Below are positions 11,600-24,835 of a stretch of 64,000 nt of DNA, piece after piece. A program made the position numbers and the translations under genes. The number at the start of each line of letters is the position of its first letter. The stretch's first letter is position 1. The stretch spans positions 971,832-1,035,831 of the forward strand of contig MNCI01003240.1 in the NCBI GenBank assembly GCA_015680685.1, read 5' to 3'. Source of the DNA: Gnetum montanum (lineage: Eukaryota; Plantae; Gnetophyta). The notes under the pieces were generated by a model, which saw only the letters and a list, made by a program, of their open reading frames with translations, made no database searches and was not told where the DNA came from.

Positions 11600-13336
11600 T
11601 GTACTAATCGAAATCATCAGTGTAAGGATGGAAGGGAAAAATAAACACCAAAAGGTCGTCGGATAGGCATAGCTGACCCTGCATTCGCTTGAGGGCAAGC
11701 TGGAAAAAGGAAAAGAAGGCAGAGTGCCTTGGATGGTCTGCATGCAAATCAACCAAGGACTTCCCTGAGTGTAAGCTATGGTTTACGCTGGGTTTATCGT
11801 AATTGATGTGAAAAAAATGTAAACAGTGATGCAAAAAATGCAAATAGATCATATACAGAATAGTATTGTAAAAAAAGAATAAACTGAATTTAAAACAGAG
11901 TAAACAATATAATGTCCAACAAAATGAACTATATTGTATTACTTAGAAAGGATGTGCATCGATCAAAGTGTAGCTGCGCATGTGGATGGCAAGTCAAGTG
12001 CCAAGCCCCAGGGTGATGTGTTTTAGAAGTGCTTGGATGCTAGGAGTCATGTGTACCCGAGCATCCAAAGTTGCTAGTTAGTGCTTCCTAAGCCGTCAAC
12101 CTTCAAAATTACCAACCTTGTTTATGTGAATTGATAGGGTATTTATAGGGTTCGGCTGGGCTCGGGTGCAGAACTCATGGATGGAATCAACAGCTGAGAA
12201 ATGAAAGGAAAATAGATTAGGTGACACATGTTTGATGGAAAACTATGTGTGAATTGGACATGTGTAGGCAAGCTATGTTCTTAACCAAATGCACTATATC
12301 TTACAGCGTGTGTTGGCTTATGCAAGCTAGCTTATGCTCATGGAAGCACATAAAATTTGGAGCATAAGAGCCTAGCAAGCTCACAAATGATGAAAATTTA
12401 CAATGCAAATGAGAATGTACAACAAGAGAAATTGACTTTGGCTTGCTTGAAACTTCTCAATCCCTAAATTGACTGCTGCAGGATGTCGATCTGAGTGGTT
12501 TTGTGGCTATTCAAGACATCTTTGTTTCACCAGAGCTTCCAACGTGAGTTGATTTTATCTTGGCCTCTCTCCAGCGTGCTCATGCACACTCACACTATAC
12601 GCACATTGCATTCATGCTGTATTCATGCTGCCAACGTGACCTCAACATGACCTGAGTGTGACCTAATGAGAATGGCATGTTTCACACCAATTTTTTGATC
12701 TTTGAAGCCTTTTTCTTGAGTACAACTATTTTCTAACTGTGGTTGACCCTGGGAGTAATCTTCAAGTCAAAAATTGAGCTTGGACGTGCCTTGTTTTAAA
12801 CCACTTTTGGTAGCTCACACTGGACTCATGCTGCCAGCGTGAGCTCAGCGTGACCACTGCGTGAGCTACAAAAAATTACAATTTTGAATCTAAAATTTGG
12901 AATTCTAGAGGCTGGAACTTGAAGTTGTCAACAATGAACCCTAAGGATGATTTGCACCTTGGAAGTAGGATCATTTCGACTGAGTTTTGAGGCTCTCAGA
13001 GTTGGTCATACTATACTCACGCTGCTAGCGTGACCTTAGTGTGAGTGAGAAAATTTGTATCATTTGACCTGAAATTTGAATTCCTGAATGCTGAAACTTG
13101 AACTAGACACAATAGTGACCCTTGAGAATGCCTTGCACCTTCAGATTGAACAACGTTTGACTTGATTTTAAAGTCGTTGGAGTTTCTTACACTGAGGGCA
13201 AGCTAGCTTGACAAGCTGAGTGTGAGCAAGCTGGGCATGAGTTCCATGCCTTAGTCAAATTTCTTCTTCCCAATAGCAAAAAGGGCTTTGGATTATTTTC
13301 ACTTCAAATTGTTAGGCCGAAATTAGTGGTGTTTCA
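11600..13336 (-). repeat. 3' LTR of element B (~1.74 kb)
   Basis: TGTACTAATC...GGTGTTTCA; direct repeat of 28915-30572; PPT (rc) at 13337-13350. Confidence 0.95.
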
Positions 13337-14514
13337 TTTGCCCCTCTTTGTTGACATCTGGAGGAATCCACCAGAGAGGCATTGACAAAGAAGTACAAAA
13401 CACCATTACCAACCAAGTATCAAGCATTTTCCATCGACCTCTGGTTGGACGTCATCACACCGTGTTCAAAAGTACATGGGATTGGGGAAGTGTAGTTCAA
13501 GATGCAAGGGGATTGGTTGTAACCGGGGGAAGTCAAGAGTTGATCAAGGGTTATAATTGCTATTGGAATTGTGAGATAGGAATGCTCTCACATGAACAAG
13601 CCATATTTCTGGTCCTTGTTAGTAGCCAGTGTTTAGCAGACTCGGAACCAGGACATAGGGAGTGCATTCTTTGAGGAAACAGGACTCTTGTAGAGTGTTT
13701 ATGGGGGCCTGTTGTAAATAGCCAAAGCCATGTGATGATGTGTAACATGATCATTTGAGACACGAGTGTAATGTTTTTCCAAGACAATTGCCTTCTTGCC
13801 TGGGGCTTGTATGAGAATAGCCAATAGTCTTTGGTCGATGATGTCAATGGGATCATGAAGACCTTTTCCATGCATTTTTCTCTTTGATCTTTTGTTCTTT
13901 TTCTTTTTTTTTTGTTTTTCTTTTCTTTTTATTTTTTTCTTTTTGGTCCTTTTGAAAGAGCTTTCTTTTAGTGTTGTGCTCATGCCCATGCGCTTGCATT
14001 TTGTATCATGTACTATGTACTGTGTTTTGCATTACCACTGCTTAAAGAATCACAGTGTGCAATAGTGTATCAAGAGTTTTGGGGTGAGTAGAATGTATCC
14101 AAGGATATAATTGAATAGGATAGGGGGCACATGATGGGGAACAGGGAATGTATCAAGAATCAGGAATGTACTTATGAATGGATTGATTAACCCAGTTGCG
14201 TGCATCAGGAAGACTGTGATACCTTGTCATCATGATGAAGTGCGTCTATGCACAAATGCCTCAGGCATGTCATCCTACAAACACAACTCCAAAAAGACAA
14301 GAAAACAAAAAATGACTCGGCTAACTAAGTACTTTAAACTTCAAAAAAACCAAGGAGATGGAGCCATTGTGTGAAATTTCAAAGCAGATAGAATCATGAA
14401 CAACATTAGCTTCATCAGGGTCCATGAGAAAAATTATGCAGCAAGTTTTTGTGGAACGGGTACAGCCAATTGCAGCAACATGTCTTTTCAAGCATTGCCT
14501 GGTTGTTGATGATG

Positions 14515-14845
14515 TCTCCAGTTTATAGTCTTAGTGGACTGTTGTGGGTTAGTTTCACATCATAACGCTTTGGACAGTGCTAGTTTAGCATTGTAGCAGA
14601 TGGTGCAGTGCTAGTTTATATTCATAGTGGACTATGAGGAGGCAAACCAGTTTATAGTCTTAGTGAACTCTACATGCTAGTTTTACATCATGGTGAACAA
14701 ATGTGGTAGTTTAGTGTCATACCGGATGGAGCTCTGTGGTGTCAGTTTACTATCATGATGCTAGGACAATCCATTGTGCCAGTTTCAAGTCATAGCCCTA
14801 GGACCGTTCTATGGTATCAATTCTAGGTCATGATGCCAGGACTGT
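14515..14845 (-). repeat. TAAAC pseudoknot-motif array downstream of the B integrase
   Basis: The reverse complement reads e.g. AGTCCACTAAGACTATAAACTGG; same position and sequence type as 4770-5080. Confidence 0.85.
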
Positions 14846-14862
14846 TACGTACCTCAAGTTCA

Positions 14863-17800
14863 TCAGACATAGTACTGTTTTAGATACAAGTGATTTGTAG
14901 GATTAGCGAGATCGTTCCTGTCCATGTTAGCAAGTTTGAATGCTCCGTTATTATACACCTTGGTGACTAAGTAAGTCCCTTCCCAGTTGGCTGAGAATTT
15001 ATCTAGGTGTTCATAGATGACCTTAAGGACTAGGTATCACTTGATCTGATCAAGCGTTCGCACCCATTCCTCCTCCATCAAGTCAAGGTCAAAAATGCGT
15101 AGTTCATTACTTTGGATTTCATTGAGGAGGCCTGAGAGAGCTATCTGCAACGAGGGAACCTATAACTCTAAAGGTAAAACAACTTCAGATCTGTGTACAA
15201 GACTATATGGAGTTTTACCTGTAGATGTTCGATGTATCGTTCTGTATGCCAACAATGCGTAGACTAGTTGTTTGTGCCATCATCTTTTGCTCTGATTTAG
15301 CATCCTTTTGAGCACCATGATGACATTTTTTTTGTAGCCTCTACTTGACCATTACTCTATGGATAGTAAGGTGACGAGAATGCATGTTTAAAACCTAGGC
15401 TTTCATAGAAGATTTTAGTATTTGTACTGTTGAACTGTGGCCCATTGTTAGTAACGATGGTCATCGAAATACCAAAATGGGTCACGATGTTTTCTATTAT
15501 GAAATTGCAAATGTGTTTTGAAGTGGTCTTCCTAAGGGGAATAGCTTCTACCCATTTTGTGAAGTATTCAGTTGCTGTGATAATGAAGCTATGTCCTACA
15601 GAGGATGATGGCGTTATCTGTCCAATTAAGTCTAATCCCCATCTTTGTGATTTATGTTGTGTGCAATTCGTTAGGTGGCACATGTATTAGGTTACCATGC
15701 CTTTGATAAATGTCACATGTCTTGACCTTGGAGATGCAATCGTACTCCATGTGTGGCCAGTAGTAGCCCAAGCACCTAATATTTGTTGCCATTACTTTGG
15801 GTGCTATGTGCCCCCCACAAAGTCCTTCGTGGACTTGTTCTATAATCATTTGATTGTCGATGCTACTAACGCACATTAGTAGAATGCCTTTGTAGGATTT
15901 GCGACACAAGGTGTCTTCTATTAATGCATATTGTCGAGAGTGTTTTCGCATTGCATCCTTTTGAGCATTTGTTAAATGTTGTGGAGGTTCATCTCATAGA
16001 AGGTACTCTTTTATGTCATTGTACCATTCTATTGCGTGTTTTGTGCTAATGAATGCTATAGGCATTTCATCGAGAGCGTCAGTTATAGGTTTGACATAAT
16101 TTGTTACAAAGCTAGGCAACGCATGAAACATTTCAGGTGTCATGTTTAGGGCTAGTGTAGCAAGTGCATTGACAATGGTGTTTTTTGTTCTAGGAACATG
16201 TTGTATATCCATTTCTACTAGTTGCCTTAGTAGATGTTTGGTCAAATCATAACACGGTTGCAAATGGAGAGCCTTGCATGTGTAAATTTCTATGAATTGA
16301 TTAATGACTAACTGTGAATCACCTCGAACTACTAGATGTGTGATTCCCGAAGTTAATGTTGCTTAAAGAACTATAAGAAGACCTTTGTATTCCACCACGT
16401 TATTGGTACAAGGAAAGGTTATTCGGTAGGTGAAGGGTTGGATTTCTTTGGATGGATATGTTAAAACGGCCGCAACACTTCCTCCTTGGGAAGTTGAAGC
16501 TCCATTGAAATAGAGGATTGCCTCGTAGTTATTAGGTATGGTGTTTATACTATTAACATTCTCTTCTGGGAATTTAGGATTAATTGTCATCTAGTCATGT
16601 GTTGGCGAGACGGTCAACTGTGCGACTATTGCTTGACCTTTTGTGGACTAAGCAACATAGTGCAAGTCAAACTCAATGATCATTGCTTTTCACCTAGTTA
16701 CCCTAATCGACTCATAGATGTTGTTAGTGATGGTGTGGAGTACATTATTCTTGCAAATGATGTAGACTTTGATTAAAAAAGAGATAATGCTATCATTTCT
16801 TCAAGGAGAAGATGAGGGAGAGGCATGATTTCTCCACGTCATTGTATAGTTTTTCATAGGCAATTAGAGCATGGCTTAGGTAATAGACAGGGATCTTGAT
16901 TCCATCTTTACATTTTTTGCAAAGCATCGATGTGATGGAAGAATTGAAATTTGCAAGGTAGATGTAGAAGGGTTTATCACTTCGTGGGGATAAATGGTCG
17001 ACAGTTGAGCCAACTCTTGCTTTATGTCCTCAGATGCTTCCTAGCACTACTGGGTTCATTGAAAATGCACATTCTTTCATAATAGATGTTGCATGGATCT
17101 CAACTTATCTGTCAACCTTTTGATAAAGCATCTAATGAATTGCAGCCTACCTTGTAGACCATGTAGCTCGGTAAGGGTTTTTGGCAGTTGCATGTTACTT
17201 ATTGCCTTAGCCTTATCTGGGTCTACTTGTATCCCTATTTCAAAGACTATGAAGCCAATAATTTTTCCCATTTTTACACCAAAGAAACACTTCTTTGGAT
17301 TGAGTCTAAGGTCATATTTATGACAACATTTAAGCACTAGGTCTAGATCTTTTACATGTTGCTCAGTTACTTAGGATTTAACCACGATGTTGTCAACGTA
17401 ATCATTGAGCAAATTGAGCATGTAATCACTAAATATATATTTCATTGCTCGTTGATATGTATCTCCTACATTTTTAAGACCAAATGGCATCATCGTATAG
17501 CAGAATGTGCCCCAAGGTGTCATAAAGGTTGTTCTGAGTTGATGTTCCAGATTGATTCTTATTTGATTGTATCCTGAAAATCCATCCATAAAGGATAATA
17601 GTGCATGCCCAGCAGTCATGTCAATAAGTTGATCAATGCTAGGTAGCCGAAAGTCATCCTTTATAGTGGCTGTGTTGAGATCACGGAAGTCAATGCATAT
17701 GCGTATACTACTGTTCTTCTTAGGGACTACAAAAATTTTTGATACCTAGTTAGAATAGTCAAAAATTCGGATGAAACCAGCTTGGTAGAGCTTTGTGATT

Positions 17801-18261
17801 TCAACACGGATTGCTAATGCCACCTCAGGTCTAACCTTTCGTGCTTTTTGCTTCACCGGTTTGACTTTTGCATCAAGGATGATGTTGTGTTGGAAGATTC
17901 AGGGGTCTAATCCTGGCATGTCAGTATATGACCATGCAAATGTTTTTATATTATCTTTCAGTACTTGAGTGATGTTATTGACAAGTTGTGAGTCTAGTAG
18001 GGTGCTTAATTTCAATGTTCTAGTTTCACTATTAGATGTGGTAATGGGGACTTCAACAAGGGGATCTTTAGTGATATTATCAGCCTCTAGATCTAAAGTC
18101 TTAACCATATTTTTAGGCCAGTCTGATGTTTCCTGAGTGGAAGCTATTAAATTAGTATAAGCAGATGGGTCTAGATCTAAGGATTCTAGATTGATTGCTC
18201 TTTTTACCTCCTTTTATGGTCCACTGAGAGATATTGTTGAAAGGATATTCTTGGTGGCCAT
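14863..18261 (-). pseudogene. pol: Pol of element B: RT, RNase H, additional archaeal-type RNase H (aRH), integrase; stops and frameshifts
   Basis: FAWSYTDMPGLDP; MDGFSGYNQI...MPFGLKN...YVDN; LNPKKCFFGV; aRH LYFNGAS...TNNVVEY; HVPRTKN; HEGLCGGH; WGLDLIG. Confidence 0.95.
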
Positions 18262-18384
18262 GTGCTTGCTCTTGCCAATTTAAACCAGGAGCGAAGTGAG
18301 TGACATTTGCTTGACGAAGGAGTTGCTAAATGTAAATGGGCATCAGGTAATTAATCTATGTATTAACGAAATCATAGAACGTAG

Positions 18385-18438
18385 TGGTAGTTTAATGTCA
18401 TACCTAGACCACATGGCAGTTTTAGGCCATACCAGGCT
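18385..18438 (-). repeat. Two pseudoknot-motif units upstream of B pol
   Basis: Reverse complement: GCC TGGTA T GGC CTAAAAC TGCCA and GTC TA GGTA T GAC ATTAAAC TACC. Confidence 0.7.
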
Positions 18439-19399
18439 AGCAATATTCATGTCATGTTGTATCATGCATAAGTATACGGGCCCTTGCTAATTTCTATGTT
18501 TTGTGCAAATGATGAATTTATGGGATTTTAGAGTCTGATGAATTCTCATGTGCACCATTATATATTTTTATATATTTTCTTGTTATTTCATTTTGATTTT
18601 AGCTTTTCTTCCTTCCCCCTCTTTTTTTATTTTTTCCATCTTTAATGTTTTGTCCTTATCTCCAGAGAATGAAATAATGAGGAATGCTAGGTAAGAATGA
18701 AGCAAAAATGATGTAAATAATAATAATATGAAAGCATAAGTTAAACATGAACATGGTAAAATGAATAAATAAAAATAAAAACTAAAAATAAAATAAAACT
18801 AAAAATAAATTAAATTGAGGGTGAACATGGGGGTTAAAAGGGATTTTGAAGTGAAGAGGGGACATCATTTATGCTAGCGTGAGTTAGATTGCAGCATGAG
18901 CATCAGTGTGAGAGTGTCAGCGTGAGTTGCAGCATGAGCATCAATGTGAGATGCAGTGTGAGTCACGAACAACCATGAAAGGAAAAGGGAAAACAAGTCA
19001 GGGCAAAGGGAAGAGGCAAGTGAATATGGAATTCGTGGAGGAGAGTGAAGAGCTACTCCAGTGTCTTCCTCAAGCCAGAATTCTAGCATGGGATGGAACT
19101 CTACGCATGTAGGTTTGTTTCCTTTTGCTTCTAGTATTTTTAAATAGCATTAGCTAGGGCAGCATGGTCTCTCATGGATGCCATTTTCTTCCCTATGTTC
19201 AGTGCGATTTTGAGTTGTTTTGGGGATCTAGGATTTGTTTTTGGGATTTGTGGCTTGCCATATTTGGTTGTTGTCTTTTGGGGCATCAGCCTGAGTAATC
19301 TAGGGCATGAGCAGCTTAGGGTGTGAATGACCCAGGGCATGAGTGCAGGGTATGTGTAGGGCATGAGTGGAGGGTAGCATGATTGCCAGGGCTTCTTGG

Positions 19400-20047
19400 G
19401 TAGCATGAGTGTGGCACTCCTTGTACTGAGTGTAGGAGTTTTGGGCAGCGTGAGCTACAGGATTTCCTGGGTAGCGTGAGCTATAGGAACAGGCCCCAGC
19501 ATGCGTTCCTGTGGAAACCCCAATGTCAGTATTAAGGCAGGAAACCTAGCGTGAGTGCTAGATAGGAAACCCAGTGTGAGTGCTAGAAAGGAAACCCAAC
19601 GTGAGTTGTTAGGGTAGGGTGAGTGTCAAGGCAATCTTAGGGCCTAGGGTAGTGCAAGTTGAGTTTGCTAGAGTAAGGGTTTTAGGTAAGCTCAGGAAGC
19701 CTAGCATGAGTTCCTGGGAATAGGCCCAATGTGAGTTATTGGGAAGCTATAGCATGAGTGGGTTGGAGCAGGGAAGCATAGCGTGAATGGTAGGAGAAAA
19801 CCACAGCGTGAGTTCTTGGGCAGGCCCCAGCGTGACTGCCAGGAATAGGTAGCCTGAGTTCCTGGACAGGCCCCAGTGTGATTGCCAGGAATAGGTAGTG
19901 TGAGTTCCTGGGTAGACCCCAACGTGATTGCCAAGAATAGGAAGTGTGACTTCCTAGATAGGCCCCAACGTGACTGCCAAGAATAGGTAGTATGAGTTCC
20001 TAGACAGGCCCTAGTGTGACTGCCAAGAATAGGCAATGTGAGTTGCA
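19400..20047. repeat. ~23/46-bp tandem repeat rich in AGCGTGAG-like motifs
   Basis: 46-bp unit CAGGCCCCAGCGTGACTGCCAGGAATAGGTAGCCTGAGTTCCTGGA occurs ~5 times at 19821-20047; ~23-bp diverged units lie upstream. Confidence 0.9.
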
Positions 20048-20484
20048 CAGGAGTGCACTTTTCATGAGTGGTGTTTTCCCTTTGTCATTCACAACAGTTG
20101 CTGGTAATGTGAGCATGTCCAGCTTGTATTAAAATGTGAACCTACAAATTGTTCTTTAAAATGTTTATTCTCTACTAGTGTTTATTTCTATGCTGTTTAT
20201 TGCTTTCTGGGATAGATGATTTAAATATGTTTCTACATTTTTCTAAGTTTATGTTGAATTTTTGAATGTTCATGTTTTCATACTTGTGTATTCATTTTAC
20301 ATTGCCTATAATAAACTACTGTGTAAGAGATTTCAATGTACCCTAGTGAGCGTTAAATACACCAAATAAATATTGGTGTCCTTGTCTCATGGGGTGAAGT
20401 TGTGTACTTAAATGTTGTTTATGTGTGTTTTTGGTTTATGTAATTTCATACTATTGTTAGCACTTAGACTCTTTACTTACCTAA

Positions 20485-23400
20485 GGTATTGGCTGTATGT
20501 AGGGGGCCAAAATCTTCCCTCCTTATGGTTGAGCTCGTTGGTGTACTTGCTTGGTTTGGCCCCTTTGGACTGGACATACCTCCTTATGACATGTGCATTG
20601 GGCCTCATGTGATATGGTTCTGTCCTAGTGTTGGTTCATTTATTTCATTCATCTTGCAAAATTTTAGTGTGATTATATGGTCTCACTTAAGTGAACAGTT
20701 GGCTCATGATATCATAGAAACGATGTTGTTTGGGTCTACACAAGGCATGCTTGCCTTCATTACTGATATAGATGAGGGACATTTTACAATTGAGGGAGGC
20801 CCCCCCGAGGGTCCTAAGTCTACGTGTCCCTTGACTTGTGTATGGGAATTGCCTATGTGTAGCAATTATAATAGTAGCAACACACTCTTTCTAGCTTTCC
20901 GCATTTACACGCTATTCCAAAATCCACCAGGGATGGTGTATAGGGTGGATAGGTATGCTCTTTTGTGTTTTACTTTAATTTTTGATTCTTTTAAAAATTA
21001 TGTCATCATCTAAGTGTAAATGTTTTTTTCCTATGCAGGCCCCATTTTGATGAGCATGGGATGCACGATGATGATGATGGGCTTGCGTTAGCGTGCATAG
21101 CATTAGAGACATTCATGGTGGGCCCCACCCTTCATGCTACAGTACTAGACTAGACAAGAGTATCCATTATTGACTACCATAGGCAATTCTCAAGGGCTTT
21201 TGAGCACTGCCAAGTTCGTGGTTGGTTACATGAGGATTGGTCCTCCAATGGGCTAATTTTTTCTCAGATAATTGATCCTCTACCTAATCGGCCTACGCCA
21301 TTTATTAATGGTAAATGATCACACTCTAGACTCCATTTTCTTTTTTGTTGCATCATCATGTACTATGTTTTTTAACCTTTCACTCTATGTTTTTTTTATA
21401 GCAACCATCTTCTCTGATGAAGTTACCATTATAATAGGGTGTACTGAGGCCACCCTTTTTATGAAATATGGGGAGGTAGAGCAGTCACAACAATGGTTGC
21501 ATATGAAAGCTCTTGAGTTGATCATCAACTATCTTACCAAGGTAGGTCTGATGGACTTGTTCACTGCTTTGACTCCTAATGTTCCAGTGATTGAGATGAT
21601 CACCATTGTTGATTCTTTCAGTGATGATGCTTCCTATTTTACTATGCGGGTTCGAGGAGTCAAGGTATCTTTCCACTTGACCACTAAGTTCCTTTCTGAT
21701 CTTTTTGGCCTACCCATGGATGGTGCCAGGGTGGCCATAGATAAAGCAACTAAAGAAGGCCAGGTCATAAAAGAGCTTGAAGAGTGGTTAGTCATGTCTC
21801 GTGGTCCTAAAGGTTTTACGCAAGATGATACCTGATCAATGGAGATTAACTTCCTGTATCCTCTCTTCTAGGCATGGGCATTTCCTAAATCTCTTTCTCA
21901 AGGAAGAAACCTTAGGATTGAGTCTGCATGTGTCATACATGCAGTCTTAGAGATAGGCATGCGTTATAACTGGGCACAATTTCTTGGATCTATTTTTCAT
22001 GGAGAGATTGTTAGGTTATGTTCAAACATCAACGCCAAATCCCATTTCATATTTTCTTTCTTTGCAGGGTACCTATGTAGGTTTGCTAAGTTCCTACTAG
22101 TTTTTGGTGATAATCGTTATATTTTGAGGGATCGTTCACAACTATCCCCCCCTTGGATTTGCCATTTTTTTAGCACCACTAGATCTCAGGATCCACCAAA
22201 AGGCATTGAAGAATCAGTGTCCGTCACTATTGGGGGTGCAGCTAGTTGTTCCCATCATTCCCGTGATAGCTTGGGATTGGAACTACCTATACTGCACATG
22301 TCTATTAAAGGGGATGAATGTATGATTCATGAGACCATTGGGAGGTCTAAGGACAAGGTGAAGAGAAATGAATGCCCAAGGGAGCTTTCTCCAGAGGTGA
22401 GACCACCAAGAGCGAAGAGGATCCACTTTGTACTACCAGTGGAGGGTAAGCATTTTTATTTTATTGTTATATATATATATATTATTGTGTTTTAGTTTAT
22501 ATGTTATTAAATGTACATATATACTATGTTATACTAACACTAGGATTCTGGTATTATCAGAGGAAAGTCCTGAGAGGGAGAGAGAAGCTTTGGCCTTGAT
22601 GGTTGATCTTGAAGTGGTTGTCACAGGGCCAGAGGAAGAAGCAAAAAAGGGAAGAATCGATCGAAAAACTTCTTATCTCACAAGAGGAAGATGTAACAAG
22701 CATCATGGGGATGAAGCTTGCGGAGGCTTTGGATGCACTTAAGCATTCAAGCGACGAGAGAGGAGTCTTCGATGGTTTCTTCAATGGATCTTTGCAACTT
22801 GGTGATCCGACCAAGCTAACCAGCAAAGGGCTTTTTGGTATGTTCCTTTTAGCTCAATCCACATTTTGTACCCTTTAACTTTTATGTGTTTTTTTTATTA
22901 TCTTGATTATCCCTAGCATTAGAGGTAGATGGTGAGATTTCTAAGGCACATACATCCCGGGTGGAGGTGTCATGGTCATAGGCCCCAATTGAGGTGACCT
23001 CCAATGCTTGTCCCACCTCCACTGACTAGCTAAGGCCATGGCCTGAGATACCTAGTAAAATGGACTTTGTCACAGGAATCATTAATGATGTGGTTGCTCA
23101 CCTACAAAAAGCTCATCCAGAACTAGGTATGTGTACGTTACGTATTATGCTAAGTGTCTAGGTCTATTGTGTTTCTCTGTGTTCATTTTTTTTATTATAG
23201 CTGATTTATGTGTACGGTACTTATACTTGCAGGTGTCAAGCTTTAATGGGATCCTTTTGAGGCTTCTCATATTGATGCCCTCCCTAAATTTCCAGGGAAT
23301 ATTGAGCAAGTCCCTAGAAAGGTTTACGATGCAGTTTCCAGTTGCGTCGTACAAAATGCTAAGTCACTCTGGACTTGTAGGCATTCAATTGAGTATCTAT

Positions 23401-24212
23401 GGGATGAGGTGCACTCATTGAAGGAAGAACTAGCAAAGGAGAGAGAGGAGAAGAGGGATCTCCAATCCCGTTATGATTTTGCTACTGCTAGGCTATCTGG
23501 TGATAGTACTTGGCACACATCTGAGATTACCTATGCACGTTATTGGATAGTTTTGAATAGCAAAGTGCAGGCTACAAGAGATTTAGCCAAGCAAAGGGCA
23601 CAGATGGATTTGTTAAATAGAAAATGACACGATTGGAAATCCTTTGCTACTAAAGTACATAAGTGGGGCCAAGATCAAAAGGATCACAAGCATTAGTACA
23701 AGAAATGATTAAAGGAGGAGTCAGTTAAACATCGTCGGATGGAAATGCTCATTGATGGGCTAGGCTTGCATCTTGCTTATGATAGGTTTGCCGAGTGCAC
23801 CGAGGTGGAGGGATCTCCTAAGAGAACTATTACCACTGCTTCTAGGAAGGCTTCGATAGGCATGTACTCTCTTGAGCACCCTACCTAGACCTTGGTGGAC
23901 AAGGGTAAAACCTTGGCTAGTATTGATCTTGGCCTAGAGGAGCATTGGGCAAATGTGCCCAAGGAGGAGATTCTACAGCATTTGGAGGTCAGCTTAAGGC
24001 CCTCCTCACTTGTGAATTTTTTATTATGACATTTATGTTTGCATGGTTTTATTTTTTTAATTGTTAGTGTTACTATTTTTCTTGGTTTTGTATTCATAAT
24101 TTTCTTTATTACTCTTGTTTTTTTGTTTTTTTCTCTATTATAGGGACATGTTAATGATGGAGCTAGCCCTAGTGGAGTGAGAGCAGATGATGAAGAGGAT
24201 TTTGGGGACTAG
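20485..24212 (+). pseudogene. Multi-exon antisense accessory gene of element B (plant mobile domain-like plus coiled coil)
   Basis: Coding-like blocks separated by T-rich GT-AG introns at 20953-21038, 21311-21401, 22446-22543, 22838-22916, 23127-23232 and 24012-24143; motifs LFGLPMDG and YNWAQFL; homolog in C. 5' end uncertain. Confidence 0.75.
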
Positions 24213-24588
24213 CCCCCTCCATGAGCTTACTGTTAATCAGGATTTAGCTATCAAATGTTTTGGATTTTTGGATGTTTGATGGAAATATATGATGGAAAAA
24301 TGTAATAATATGGATCTAATCATGGCATAATGTGGTGGAATCATATTGACGTTCAATACTTTTTTCTCTTTTTTATTATTTTATTGTTGTTTTCGTCACT
24401 TTCTTAAGTATTATCGTGAACATATGCATATAGCTGAATGTAGAATGAGAGAACAAAATGTAAATAAAATATTTGTAAAAAAAAAAGGAAAGTAATGAGA
24501 AGGCATGAATCAAAATTGTAACCTGTAACATGTAAATGAAAACTTAACGTAACGTAACGTGAGTTTGTGAATTTATAACATGCTGAGC

Positions 24589-24835
24589 TCTAGTTTAAAG
24601 CCATTTCAGGCAGTCTACATTAGTTTAAAGTCATGATGGACTATCACATCTATGTTAAAGAAAGAAAGATCACCAGTTTTAGGCCATAGTCGGCCAAAAG
24701 AAACAAAATTTTTAGGAAGCTTTAAAAGGAACTGACCATTTCTGACCATGGCTAGTTTAATGTCCTTGTGGATGTTTGCTGCTAGTTTAACATCGTACCA
24801 GATGGTTGGTAGTTTAATGTCATTCCAGATGCTTA
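24589..24835 (-). repeat. TAAAC motif array downstream of B gag-PR
   Basis: Repeated TAGTTTAA on the + strand; reverse complement e.g. CATC TGGTA C GATG TTAAAC TAGC. Confidence 0.8.

Noticed and set aside
15430-17577. Plus-strand ORFs opposite B pol (similarly 3775..4098 and 36390..36758)
   Set aside because: Antisense shadows of pol codons with no independent support.
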